DNA of 64,000 nt from contig JBFMAT010000005.1 in assembly GCA_040755495.1 (NCBI GenBank), positions 35,545 to 99,544 of the forward strand, in the 5' to 3' direction. Below the pieces are notes generated by a model. It worked only from the letters and a program-made list of their open reading frames with translations, was not told the origin of the DNA and ran no database searches. A program made the translations under genes and the position numbers. Source of the stretch: Chloroflexota bacterium (GTDB lineage Bacteria > Chloroflexota > Limnocylindria > Limnocylindrales > CSP1-4). This document shows, piece after piece, positions 31,738 through 42,500 of this stretch (positions are counted from its first letter, which is position 1; the number at the start of each line of letters is the position of its first letter).

Positions 31738-33147
31738 GTGACCCCCGAACCCCTCGACCCCGAGGCCGTCGTGCCCGCCGTCGCCAACCTCGACACCATC
31801 GTGTCGCTGTCCAAGCGGCGCGGGTTCATCTTCCCGTCGTCCGAGATCTACGGCGGCATCAACGCCGTGTGGGACTACGGGCCCCTGGGCGTGGAGCTCA
31901 AGAACAACGTCAAGCGCGCCTGGTGGCGGGCGATGGTCCAGGACCGCAACGACATCGTGGGACTCGACGCCGGGATCCTGATGCACCCCCAGGTGTGGGT
32001 GACCAGCGGCCATGTCGGCTCGTTCAGCGACCCGCTCGTGGAGTGTGGCACCTGCCGGCGCCGCTACCGGCTGGACGAGCTGCCGGGCGCCGAGGACCTG
32101 TCCGCGACCGACCTGCGCGACAAGACGATCGTCACCCGCCTGGGCCTCGTGTGCCCCAACGACGGCGGCCCGCTGTCCGCGCCGCGCCGGTTCAACCTCA
32201 TGTTCACCTCGCACATGGGCCCGGTCGAGGATGACGCGTCGATCGTGTACTTCCGCCCCGAGACGGCGCAGGGCAGCTACGTCAACTTCAAGAACGTCCT
32301 CAACAGCTCGCGCAAGAAGATCCCGTTCGGGATCGCCCAGATCGGGAAGTCGTTCCGCAACGAGATCAGCCCCGGCAACTTCGTGTTCCGGATGCGCGAG
32401 TTCGAGCAGATGGAGATGCAGTACTTCGTCCGCCCGGATGAGGGCGCGGCGCAGGCCTTCGAGGAGTGGCTGCCCCGCCGGCGCGCGTGGTACGAGGCCT
32501 ATGGGGTCACCCCGTCCCGCCTCCGCTTCCGCGAGCACGCGCCGGACGAGCTCGCCCATTACGCCAAGAAGGCGATCGACGTCGAGTACCGGTTCCCGTT
32601 CGGCTGGAAGGAGCTCGAGGGCATCCACAACCGCGGCGACTTCGACCTCGGCAACCACGCCCGGGCGTCGGGCGAGAACCTGGAGTACTTCGACCAGGCC
32701 AGCGGCGAGCACTTCATCCCCTGGATCGTGGAGACGGCGGCGGGCGCGGACCGGGCAGCGTTCACGTTCCTGATCGACGCCTACCGCGAGGAGGAGGTCC
32801 GGGGCGAGACGCGCGTGGTCCTGGGGCTGCACCCGGAGCTGGCGCCGTACAAGGTCGCGGTCCTGCCGCTGCTCAAGAAGCGCCCCGAGATCGTGGACAT
32901 GTGCCACCACCTGCTGGCGGACCTCAAGCGCGACCTGATGGCGGTGTACGACGACACGGCCGCGATCGGCAAGCTCTACCGGCGCCAGGACGAGATCGGC
33001 ACGCCGTGGTGCGTCACGGTGGACGTCGATTCGCTCGACGACGGCGCGGTGACCATCCGCGACCGCGACACGATGACCCAGGAGCGAGTGCCGCTCGAGA
33101 ACGTCAAGCGCCTGATCCTCGATCGGATGGCCGCCGTCCGGCCGTAG
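31738..33147 (+). CDS. glyQS: Glycine-tRNA ligase, alpha2 (eukaryote/archaea-like) type
   Basis: SEIYGG...[57 protein letters not shown]. Confidence 0.97.
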   Translation: MTPEPLDPEAVVPAVANLDTIVSLSKRRGFIFPSSEIYGGINAVWDYGPLGVELKNNVKRAWWRAMVQDRNDIVGLDAGILMHPQVWVTSGHVGSFSDPLVECGTCRRRYRLDELPGAEDLSATDLRDKTIVTRLGLVCPNDGGPLSAPRRFNLMFTSHMGPVEDDASIVYFRPETAQGSYVNFKNVLNSSRKKIPFGIAQIGKSFRNEISPGNFVFRMREFEQMEMQYFVRPDEGAAQAFEEWLPRRRAWYEAYGVTPSRLRFREHAPDELAHYAKKAIDVEYRFPFGWKELEGIHNRGDFDLGNHARASGENLEYFDQASGEHFIPWIVETAAGADRAAFTFLIDAYREEEVRGETRVVLGLHPELAPYKVAVLPLLKKRPEIVDMCHHLLADLKRDLMAVYDDTAAIGKLYRRQDEIGTPWCVTVDVDSLDDGAVTIRDRDTMTQERVPLENVKRLILDRMAAVRP

Positions 33148-33186
33148 AATCCGCGGCGCGACCGGCACGAGGTCGCCGCAGGGAGG

Positions 33187-34119
33187 GTGGGCGTGACGGG
33201 AGGGGTGCGACAGGACCCGAGGCTGGGGGACGTCCTGCTGCTGGCGCTGAGCGTGGCCGGTCTCGCGGCCTGCCTGACGCTGATGTTCCACGCCATGCGG
33301 GCGGTCATGGACGTCGGCGGCTACTGCGCGGAGGGCGGCCCGTACGTCATCGAGCAGCACTGCCCGGAGGGCTCCGCCCCGGCGCTGTTCCTGGGGATCT
33401 TCGGGTTGTTCGGCTTCGGGGGTCTGGGGATGTACGCGGGCGCGAAGGCCGGCGGCTACGGGTGGGTCCCGCTGCTCGCCTGGACCGGGCTGTTCGCCTC
33501 GCTGGGCTGGAACTTCCTCGACTACGGCCTGCTCAGCCCGCCGGAGGGCGAGGGGATCATCTGGGGCTGGCTGATCCCGGGCGTGATGTTCCAGGTGATG
33601 GCCTGGGCGCCGCTCGCGGTCGGGTTGGCCGGGGCGCGGGCGATGTCCGGCGCGGCGGGTGGGTCCCGCGGGCGCCCGGCGGCGATCGTGCCCAACGCGC
33701 TGCGCGGGCCGGGACAGCCGGCGCGAGACTCGGCCAACGTCGTCCGCCTCGCCGCCGCCACCGAGCCCACCGTCCACACCACCGTGCGCACGATCGAGAT
33801 GCCGCCGGACGAGGCCCGGGAGGCGCTGCGCGACATCGCGTCGCTGATGGGTGCGGCGGTCGCCCACGTGGCCGCGGAGACGCCGATGGACCCCGACCTG
33901 CGGGCCGGGGATGGGGCGGCCGAGGCGGGCGGCGGGGCGGCGGCTGGCGGCGGGGCCGCGGCGGGGCCCGGCGGCGAGGCGGACTTCTCCGAGGGCACCC
34001 AGGCCCTGCTGGATCGCCTGGAGCGCCTGGCCGACATGCGCGATCGTGGCCTCCTGGGCGCCGACGAGTTCGAGACCGCGAAGGAGGCGATCATGCGCGA
34101 GCTGGAGTCCCGGTCGTGA
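33187..34119 (+). CDS. Membrane protein with C-terminal SHOCT domain
   Basis: Four TM segments; C-terminal LLDRLERLADMRDRGLLGADEFETAKEAIM. Confidence 0.75.
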   Translation: MGVTGGVRQDPRLGDVLLLALSVAGLAACLTLMFHAMRAVMDVGGYCAEGGPYVIEQHCPEGSAPALFLGIFGLFGFGGLGMYAGAKAGGYGWVPLLAWTGLFASLGWNFLDYGLLSPPEGEGIIWGWLIPGVMFQVMAWAPLAVGLAGARAMSGAAGGSRGRPAAIVPNALRGPGQPARDSANVVRLAAATEPTVHTTVRTIEMPPDEAREALRDIASLMGAAVAHVAAETPMDPDLRAGDGAAEAGGGAAAGGGAAAGPGGEADFSEGTQALLDRLERLADMRDRGLLGADEFETAKEAIMRELESRS

Positions 34120-34217
34120 CGGTGCCCCGCCGCCTCGTCCCGGTCGTGCTGGTCGTCGCAGCGGCGCTCGGCGTCCTCGCCGGGCTGCGCATCTGGGAGG
34201 CGCTCGGCGGGGGCTAG
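34116..34217 (+). CDS. Possible 33-aa single-TM peptide
   Basis: GTGA overlap with the preceding stop; VTVPRRLVPVVLVVAAALGVLAGLRIWEALGGG. Confidence 0.4.
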   Translation: MTVPRRLVPVVLVVAAALGVLAGLRIWEALGGG

Positions 34218-34285
34218 CGTCCCGAAGCGTCCGCGCCGGCCGCGGCATGGACGGTCCGGCGGTGGTTCGCCCGTGAGCCTCCGGA

Positions 34286-34308
34286 TGAACCGTTCGCGAA
34301 CCGGTTCA
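34286..34308. promoter_or_regulatory. Imperfect palindrome, possible operator
   Basis: TGAACCGTTCGCGAACCGGTTCA upstream of the gene at 34620. Confidence 0.3.
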
Positions 34309-34619
34309 CCTTCGGAGCCAGATCACAGGCAGGGAGCCTGCTGCTCCATGTTCTGGCGTCGGTGGCGAACCAACCGATGGTTCCTCCATCGGGAAGCGCG
34401 CTTGCAGCCAGCGGGGCGGCCCGATGGCAGGGCCGCCGCCCCGGCGCACCGGCGCACCGCACGGCGGTCCGGTGACGGCCCGCACCGGCCCTGACGTCCG
34501 GGTCATGGCGGCCACACGGCACCACGCCGAGCATGACCGGAAGGGACGCGGTCGTCGCCACCCCACGGTGATCCGACGGCCGCGCCCATCCACCCGAGCG
34601 TGGACGGACCGGGGGCAAC

Positions 34620-36207
34620 GATGCGGACGAAGGGCAAGGGGGGACGAGCGACGCGCGCGGCGCGGGCCGGGGCCGCGCTGCTGGCCGCCCTGTGCCTGCT
34701 GGTGCCCCCCGCGACGGCCGTGGCGTACACGGAGTCCGACGGTGACGGCCTGCCCAACAAGTTCGAGCGCCAGAAGACGCTGACCAGCCCGTACCGCCGC
34801 GACACGGACCGCGACGGCCTCCCCGACGCGCAGGAGGACCCGGACCGCGACGGCCTGTGGAACCGCTACGAGTACCTCGCCGGCACGCACCCGCGGCGCA
34901 AGGACTCCGACGGCGATGCGCTCCGCGACGACCGCGAGAACCCGGACCTTGACGGCCTCAACAACCTCCAGGAGCAGGTCGCGCGGACGCACCCCCGGCG
35001 GGCCGATACCGACGGCGACCGGCTCGCCGACCAGTACGAGGACCCCGACGGCGACGGCCTGTGGAACATCACCGAGTTCCGTGCCGTCACCCAGCCCCGC
35101 GACGCCGACAGCGACGATGACGGGCTCCGAGACGGGCTCGAGGACCGCGACGGTGACGGCCTGCCCAACGCCGCGGAGCAACGCGTGGGCACCCACGCGA
35201 ACCGCACCGACACGGACCGGGACGGCCTGCCGGACGGAGAGGAGGACCCCGACCGCGACGGCCTCACCAACCTCGAGGAGCTGGCCCGTGGCACGGACCC
35301 GATGGACGCCGACTCGGACGACGACGGGACGCCGGACGGCGAGGAGCCCGGCGGGACGGGCGCACCCGTGATCCCCGGCGCGCCGGCCTGCACGGTGTTC
35401 CCGGCGACCAACGTCTGGAACGTCCGCATCGACGATCGGCCGGTGGCGGCCGACAGCGCCACGCTGATCGCCTCGATCGGCGTGAGCCGCACCTTCCACA
35501 TGGACTTCGGCTCGTACGCCGGGTACGGGATCCCGTTCCAGGTCATCGGCCCGGAAACGCCGCTGCGGACCGTGGCCTTCGACTACGCGGACGAGTCGGA
35601 CCCGGGGCCGTACCCGATCCCGGCCGCCCCGCTGATCGAAGGCGGCTCCGACCGGCACCTGATCACCGTGGACCCGGTCGGCTGCCGGCTGTACGAGCTG
35701 TACGCGGTGCGCCAGACGTCGAGCGGCGGCTGGGCGGCGGGCTCCGGGGCGATCTTCGACCTGGCCAGCAATGCGCTGCGTCCCGAGGGCTGGACGAGCG
35801 CGGACGCCGCGGGCCTGCCGATCCTGCCCGGCCTCGTCCGCTACGACGAGGTCGCGGCCGGCGAGATCGCCCACGCGCTCCGGTTCACCGCTCCCCAGAC
35901 CCGCAGGGCGTACGTCTATCCTGCCCGGCACTACGCCTCGTCGTCCACGAGCGCCTCGCTGCCGCCGATGGGCCTGCGGGTGCGCCTCAAGGCGAGCGCG
36001 AACCTGGCTGGGCTGTCACCCGACGCGCGCGTGATCGCGGTCGCGCTCCAGCGCTACGGGATGATCCTCGCCGACAACGGCTCGCCATGGTACGTGTCCG
36101 GGATGAGCGACCCGCGCTTCGACGACGACGTGCTCCACGAGCTGGACCGGTTCACCGGCGCCGACCTCGAGGTCGTGGACACGACCGGGCTGGTCAACGG
36201 CCCGTAG
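34620..36207 (+). CDS. Secreted protein with six 34-aa Ca-binding (thrombospondin type 3-like) repeats and a C-terminal domain
   Basis: Signal peptide ending ATAVA; repeats DxDxDGLxNxxE...TxP...D(T/S)DxDG; C-terminal SADAAGLPILPGLVRYDE...LQRYGMILADNGS. Confidence 0.8.
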
Positions 36208-36254
36208 GCCGTCGACCGCCCGTTCCGTCCCTCGGGACCCGGTCCCGATGCCGT

Positions 36255-37790
36255 TCAGCCGGTGGTCGCGGCCGCCTTCGGCTCCCGGACCGCCTTCGCG
36301 CTCACTGCGGGCTCCTCCGGAGGCGGCGGCCAGACGCCGTTGAGCCACGAGTCGATCGAGCGCGCGGCACGCTTGCCGTCGCCCATGGCGAGGATCACCG
36401 TGGCCGCGCCGCGGACGATGTCGCCGCCCGCGAACACGCCCGGCATGCTGGTCATCCCGTACTCGTCGGTGACCATGTAGCCCCACTCGTTGACCTCGAG
36501 CTCGGGCGCGCTGCCGGTGAGCAGCGGGTTGGCCTTGGTGCCGATGGCCACGACGACGAGGTCGCAGTCGATGACGAACTCGGAGCCCGCGATGGGCTTC
36601 GGGCGTCGGCGGCCGCTCGCGTCGGGCTCGCCCAGCTCCATGCGCTGGACCCGCAGGCCGGTGACCCAGCGGTTCTCGTCGGCCAGCACCTCGACCGGGG
36701 CCGCCAGCAGCTCGAACCGGACGCCCTCCTGTTCGGCGTGGTGGACCTCCTCGGCACGGGCCGGCAGCTCGTCGCGCGAGCGGCGGTAGACGATTGTCGC
36801 CTCCGACGCCCCGAGGCGGCGCGCCGTCCGGACCGAGTCCATCGCGACGTTGCCGCCGCCCACCACGACCACTCGCTGGCCGTGGAGGATGGGCGTCGCG
36901 GACTCGGGGTTCCAGGCACCCATGAGGTTGACGCGGGTGAGGTACTCGTTGGCCGAGTAGACGCCCTTGAAGTTCTCCCCCGGGACGTTCATGAACACCG
37001 GCAGTCCCGCGCCGACGGCCAGGAACAGGGCATCGAACTCCTCGCGCAGCTCGGGGACCGTGTAGGTCCGGCCGATGATCGCGTCGAGCTCGATCTTGAC
37101 GCCCTCGGACACCAGGCGGTCGACCTCGGACTGGACGATGTCCTTGGGCAGCCGGAACTCCGGGATGCCGTAGATCAGGACGCCGCCGGGCGCGTGGAAC
37201 GCCTCGAACACCGTGACGTCGTGGCCCTTCCGGGCGAGCTCGCCGGCGGCCGTCAGCCCGGCCGGCCCGGAACCCACGATGCCGATCCTGCGGCCGGTCA
37301 GGGGCTGCCGGAGGTGCGGCACGGCGCCCGGGTTGTCCATCGCCCAGTCCGCGACGTAGCGCTCGAGGTAGCCGATCGCGACGGGGTTGCCCTTGCGGGC
37401 GCGGACGCACACGCCCTCGCACTGCGTCTCCTGGGGGCAGACGCGCCCGGTGACGCAGGGCAGCGCGTTGTCGCCCAGCAGGCTCTCGGCCGCACCCGCC
37501 ATGTCGCCGTCGCGCAGGTGGGCGATGAAGTTCGGGATGTTGACCCGGACCGGGCAGCCGTCCACGCAGAACGGCTTGGGGCACTGCAGGCAGCGCTCGG
37601 CCTCCAGCATCGCGAGCTGGAAGGTGAGCCCGAGGTTGACCTCGCGGAAGTTGTGGGCGCGGATGTCGCCGTCCTGCTCGGGCATGGCGACCCGGTCGAT
37701 CGCCATCCGCTCCTTGTTGGTCAGCGGCACCTTCGGCTGGGCGGGCTCGACGGGCTCGTCGGCCGGCGCCGGGGACGCGGGCTCGGTCAT
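36255..37790 (-). CDS. NfnB/SudA-like NADPH-dependent oxidoreductase (GltD-like)
   Basis: EAERCLQC...C...CP, TGRVCPQETQCEG, GSGPAGL, GGGNVAMD, GVFAGGD; no gltB nearby. Confidence 0.9.
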   Translation of the reverse strand: MTEPASPAPADEPVEPAQPKVPLTNKERMAIDRVAMPEQDGDIRAHNFREVNLGLTFQLAMLEAERCLQCPKPFCVDGCPVRVNIPNFIAHLRDGDMAGAAESLLGDNALPCVTGRVCPQETQCEGVCVRARKGNPVAIGYLERYVADWAMDNPGAVPHLRQPLTGRRIGIVGSGPAGLTAAGELARKGHDVTVFEAFHAPGGVLIYGIPEFRLPKDIVQSEVDRLVSEGVKIELDAIIGRTYTVPELREEFDALFLAVGAGLPVFMNVPGENFKGVYSANEYLTRVNLMGAWNPESATPILHGQRVVVVGGGNVAMDSVRTARRLGASEATIVYRRSRDELPARAEEVHHAEQEGVRFELLAAPVEVLADENRWVTGLRVQRMELGEPDASGRRRPKPIAGSEFVIDCDLVVVAIGTKANPLLTGSAPELEVNEWGYMVTDEYGMTSMPGVFAGGDIVRGAATVILAMGDGKRAARSIDSWLNGVWPPPPEEPAVSAKAVREPKAAATTG

Positions 37791-38626
37791 GCCTTCACCT
37801 CGGTCGTCGCGCAGGCGCCCAGCTTGTCCAGGGCCTGCGCTTCGAAGCTTCGATAGGTCGTCAGGCGGTCCGCCAGCTCCGCGAAGTTGACCTGGTGGCC
37901 GTCGAACTCCGGGCCGTCCACGCAGGCGTACTTCGTCTCGCCACCGATCGTGACTCGGCAGCCGCCGCACATCCCCGTGCCGTCGACCATGATCGCGTTG
38001 AGCGACACGGTCGTGGGCACGGCGTAGGGGAGCGTGAGGTTCGACACCGCCTTCATCATCGGCACCGGACCCACCGCGTACACGGCGTCTACCCCGCCGG
38101 CGTCGAGCAGGTCCTTGAGCGCCTCGGTCACGAAGCCCGGGCGGCCGTAGGACCCGTCGTCCGTGCAGGCGACCACGTCGCCGCAGGTCCGCAGCTCGTC
38201 CTCGAGGATCACCCACTCCCTCGACCGGCCGCCGATCACGCTGGTGACCTTCACGCCGCGGCGCGCCAGCTCTCGGGCGATCGGCAGGATCACTGCCGTG
38301 CCCACGCCACCGCCGACGCACACCGCGTGGCCGTGCTCGATGAGCTCCGTGGCCTGGCCCAGCGGCCCCGCGACGTCCTGGATCGCCTCGCCAGCCTGGA
38401 GCGCGCACAGCTCGGTGGTGCTGGCGCCGATCGCCTGGATCATCAGCGTGATGGTGCCGGCGGCGGGGTCCGTGTCCGCGATGGTCAGCGGGATCCGCTC
38501 CGCGCCCGGTCCCTTGCGCACGATGACGAACTGGCCCGGCTTGCGGACCTTGGCGATGCGGGCCGCCTCGACCACGAGGCGGACGACGTTGGGGGAGAGC
38601 TGCTCACGCTCGACGACCGGATGCAT
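37787..38626 (-). CDS. NfnA/SudB-like FAD/[2Fe-2S] subunit
   Basis: KPGQFVIV, ERIPLTIAD, GGGVGTA, MVDGTGMCGGCRV...CVDGPEFDG. Confidence 0.92.
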   Translation of the reverse strand: MHPVVEREQLSPNVVRLVVEAARIAKVRKPGQFVIVRKGPGAERIPLTIADTDPAAGTITLMIQAIGASTTELCALQAGEAIQDVAGPLGQATELIEHGHAVCVGGGVGTAVILPIARELARRGVKVTSVIGGRSREWVILEDELRTCGDVVACTDDGSYGRPGFVTEALKDLLDAGGVDAVYAVGPVPMMKAVSNLTLPYAVPTTVSLNAIMVDGTGMCGGCRVTIGGETKYACVDGPEFDGHQVNFAELADRLTTYRSFEAQALDKLGACATTEVKA

Positions 38627-38922
38627 GCGACCTCTTGGCTGGTGCCGGTGGTGCTCCGATCGTCGCCCAGGCGGGGTGGCGGCGTTACGTGCCACCGGCC
38701 CCGAGCCGCGGTCCGAAGGTCACCTGCGGGGCGGGCCGACCGGGGTGCACGGGATGACAGGGCCGTGACGGTGGGTCGGCACGTGGCCATCGTAGACCCG
38801 GGACGGACGTTCGCGCGGTGGTCCGCCGCGGGTCGAGCGGCCAATGGCCGCCTCGGCGTCCTTGCCCGGATCCCCGCGCTACGCGTCGTTCGTCGCTCGT
38901 CCCCTGTCGCAGTCGCGCCACC

Positions 38923-39043
38923 CGTGCGTACGGCGCAGGGAGTCCGTGCCGCCGAGTCGTCGCCGTGCGTGGCACGCACGGCCGGAGCCGATTCCGGGTG
39001 CCAAGTGCCATTCGCGGCGCCGTCATCGTGCGTGGGACGCACG
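38923..39043. repeat. Second cluster of CGTGCG-N5-CGCACG palindromes (three copies)
   Basis: Copies at 38923 (one mismatch), 38964 and 39027; spacings 41/63; linker similar to that at 24093-24115. Confidence 0.8.
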
Positions 39044-39274
39044 GCCGGCGCGCGACCAGCCGGGGCCGGCGCGCGTGCTCGCTCAGCCGGCCGGGGGCGA
39101 CCGCCGGGGCCTTGCCCTTCGGCCAGTAGCCACGAAGGTGTCTCATGCTATCTCCTTGTGTGCCAACTGAACGGGAACCGCAGGCTTGGTGCCCGCCGAG
39201 CCGCTGCGCGACAATCGAAAGACCGCACGAAGACCGCAGTCGCGGGCCCCGAGCGGTCGAGCAGGAGAACCGCT

Positions 39275-39547
39275 GTGGCAGACCGATCCGATGTCGTTCG
39301 GCTGCCTGCTGTCGGCCCGCTTGTTGACGACGTTGGCTACTTCGAGTCCCTGGTACAAGATCTGCGCTTCGTTGAAACAGACCGAGGTGATACCCCATTC
39401 GTTCACGCGGCGACAGGTTGTTCGTCCGGGTGCGGCTGCAGTAGTGCGTCTCGTATCCTCACGACAGCACATCCATCAGCCAGACCTTGCCGGGTCGCGG
39501 CAGACACTGTGCAGGATGTGCTGCGCAGGGAGGAGAGGGCACGGTAG
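39275..39547 (+). CDS. Unannotated 90-aa ORF, first gene of the defence operon
   Basis: AGGAG at 39263, GTG at 39275; its TAG overlaps the helicase GTG (TAGTG); contains CSSGCGC. Confidence 0.6.
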   Translation: MADRSDVVRLPAVGPLVDDVGYFESLVQDLRFVETDRGDTPFVHAATGCSSGCGCSSASRILTTAHPSARPCRVAADTVQDVLRREERAR

Positions 39548-42500
39548 TGCAACCGGGGGACATCGCTTCAGGGGGTGGGCGGCCGCGCTCGTTGACGCCC
39601 GCTGAGGCGTATGAGCACATCAAGGAGTCCGTAGCCCAATACCTCGAGACCCAGTACCGGATCTCGAACCGGTTGGTGACGGAGGAGCGGGCTCGGTTGC
39701 TGCGTGAGCCAGGGACAATTGCTCAGGTCCCGTTCATCGAGGCGACGCCTGCATTTCCGACCGCGCACAAGCTGGCTGAGCTTGAGCGCCTCTATCCCGA
39801 GAGTGTTCCGGCTGGAATAGCCGAGCTAGTTCAGCACGGGGTGCCAGTCGACCGCTTCGCCCTGTACCAGCATCAGGAGGCAGCACTCTTGGCCGCAAGC
39901 GGGTCACGGCCCAACCTGCTTGTAGCCACGGGAACGGGCTCGGGCAAGACGGAGGCCTTCCTGCTGCCGATCCTGGCCGACATCCTCCGCGAGGCATCCG
40001 ATTGGCCCGCGCCAATAGCCGTTGAGCGCAGAGGGCAGTACGACCCGCGCCAGGGCTGGCTGAGCTCACGGCGGCATGAGGCGAGGCCAGCCGCGGTTCG
40101 CGCGATTGTGCTGTACCCGATGAACGCCCTGGTAAACGACCAGTTGTCGCGGCTGCGCCGCATCCTCGCTCGAGGTGAGTCTCCGGACTGGCAGCGTCGC
40201 AACCTCAACGGCAACGTCGTTCGTTTCGGCATGTACACGGGGCTGAGCCGACCTACAGGCCCATGGACGGTGAAGTGGCGCCGCGACAAGTACTTTCAGT
40301 ACGAAACCAAGGTCGATGCCGAGTGGCAGGCGCTCAGCGAGAGATTGAGGGCGACAGGCGGGTGGCCGCGGCCGGACGGCCCCGAGATGATCTGCCGCTG
40401 GGACATGCAACTCGCGCCGCCGGACATTCTGGTGACCAACTACTCGATGCTCGAGTACATGATGATTCGACCGATCGAGTCTGGCGTGTTCACCACCACA
40501 GCTGATTGGCTGGCGAGCGACCGCGCACATCACCGCCTGACATTGGTGGTCGATGAGGCTCACACCTACACGGGCGCCAAGGGAACCGAGGTCGCTCACC
40601 TCATCCGGCGTCTTCGTGAGCGTCTCGGGATTACCTCGAGCCCGCATCAGCTCCGGACAATTGCCACCACGGCATCAGTGCCAGACCACCCAGACGCCGA
40701 CGAGTCGCTGCTGCGCTTCGTTGGCGATCTCTCAGGAGCACGTTCCGACTCCTTCAGCCTCATCAAGCTTCCTCCAGCCGACCCGCTGCCGGATCCGGGG
40801 CCGGCGACTGGCACTGAAATCGATGCGTGGGCTCGATTCCACGAATCCTTCGACCTCGTGGAGCCAATGCCCGCAGTCGAAAGGCTCGTGCGCGACCTTG
40901 ACCTCGGGGAGGCTGACCGGACGCTCGATCCTCAGGTAGCCCTGTACAACGCCCTCGAGCGGGATCAGCGGATCAAGTGGTTCCGATCCCGAACCGCTCG
41001 TCGCGCGACTTTGCTCAGCGACCTCAGCCTCGAGGCCTTTGGCGATACCCTCAGCGAGGCGCAGCGGGATGCAGCGGCGGCGGGTGTGCTGGCAGCTGGG
41101 AGCTACGCAAGGGCTTCCGATCTCGCCGATACGCCGCCCCTCCTCTCGGTGAGAGTTCACGCGTTCTTTCGTGGTATCGCTGGCATCTGGGCGTGCCTCA
41201 ACCCCAACTGTCGTTTTGCCGAGCCCGCGGGTACGCGTCCCGTCGGAAGAATCTTCACGGAGCGCCGCGTGTGGTGCGACTGCGGCGCGAGAGTCCTAGA
41301 GGCATTCTCCTGCCGCAAATGTGGCCTGCTCTTCCTTGGTGGCATACCAGACTCTCAACAGGGCAGCCTGTGGCCTTGGACTGACGACTTCACAGGAGAC
41401 GGCCAGGACCTTGGCGCTTACGCCATCTTCGGCGTCGAAAGACCCCACCCGTCGGAGATGCCCTCATTCCGCTCGATCCTAACGACGCTTCCATCGCACC
41501 CCGGCGAGATGGACGTGCGGGAGGTATGGGAGGTCGCGCCTGCAACCGACTCGAACGGGCGGCAACTCAGCCCCTTCCCGTCACAGTGCCCCCGTTGCCG
41601 CAACTATCGCCAGTTTGGGGTGCAAGGGCCCAACGTGCGTGAGGTGGTCGAGCCCCTTCGAACAAAGGGACCACGAACCTTCTCGATCATCGTGGAGGAT
41701 GGGTTCAGGGTGCAGCCTCGATCGGCAGACGAGGGCTCGCCAAACCATGGGAGGAAGGCGCTGCTCTTCAGCGACTCGCGACCTGAGGCCGCGACGCTCG
41801 CTGCAGACCTGCGGCGCGACCATCGGAACGATCTCTTCCGCCAGCTGCTCTACCGAGCGTTGTACGTCTGTGCTCTGTGCGACGGCACCGGCTCGCTAGA
41901 ACAGGTGGAGGGGTACGTCATTGGACAAGCCACCTCGCCTGTTATCGGGCCCTGCAACGCATGCGACGGTTCAGGGATCCTTCCGTCGCCAGCGGCGCTG
42001 CAGTACGCCGAGCTCCGGGCGCGAGTCACGAGACTCCAGCTGGAGCGGGGGATCAATCCGAGCGGGGACGACATCCGGGACTTCTTCGCGCAGGCCGAGG
42101 CCGGCAATCCGGCGATTCAGCAGGCAACGCAGGTCTGGTTCGACGTGAACCTGAGACGGGAGATCTCGGAGGAGGAGTTCTCGCTTGGTCCCTTAGGGCT
42201 CGCTGAGTGGACGATCCAGCTGCCGGAGACGACCGGTGCTCTTGCACCGCTAACCGAGCCCGAAACCAAGCAGTTCATTCGCATCATCGCCCGGATCCTG
42301 GCGACCGAGGACATCCTGCTGCCGCCCGAGCCGGTCGAGCCGTGGGGCTGGCCAAGGGACATCGTTCGGGAGTGGGAGCGACAGGTCATCTACCCCGGCA
42401 ACGCCAAGCAGGGTGCTGCAATCCCATACAACTTGGAGCCCCGCAGAAAACTCGGGAGGTACGTCCGGGCTGTCGTCGCTGCACTCGTCGCCGAAGGGCG

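Noticed and set aside
36255-37790. Glutamate synthase small subunit (gltD)
   Set aside because: No gltB nearby and it is paired with an NfnA/SudB-like gene, so NfnB/SudA fits better
24075-39043. Palindrome clusters as a CRISPR array (a Cas4-like gene is nearby)
   Set aside because: Repeats are 17 nt with variable cores, the linkers are themselves conserved and alternate in length, and there is no cas1/cas2; this fits REP/BIME
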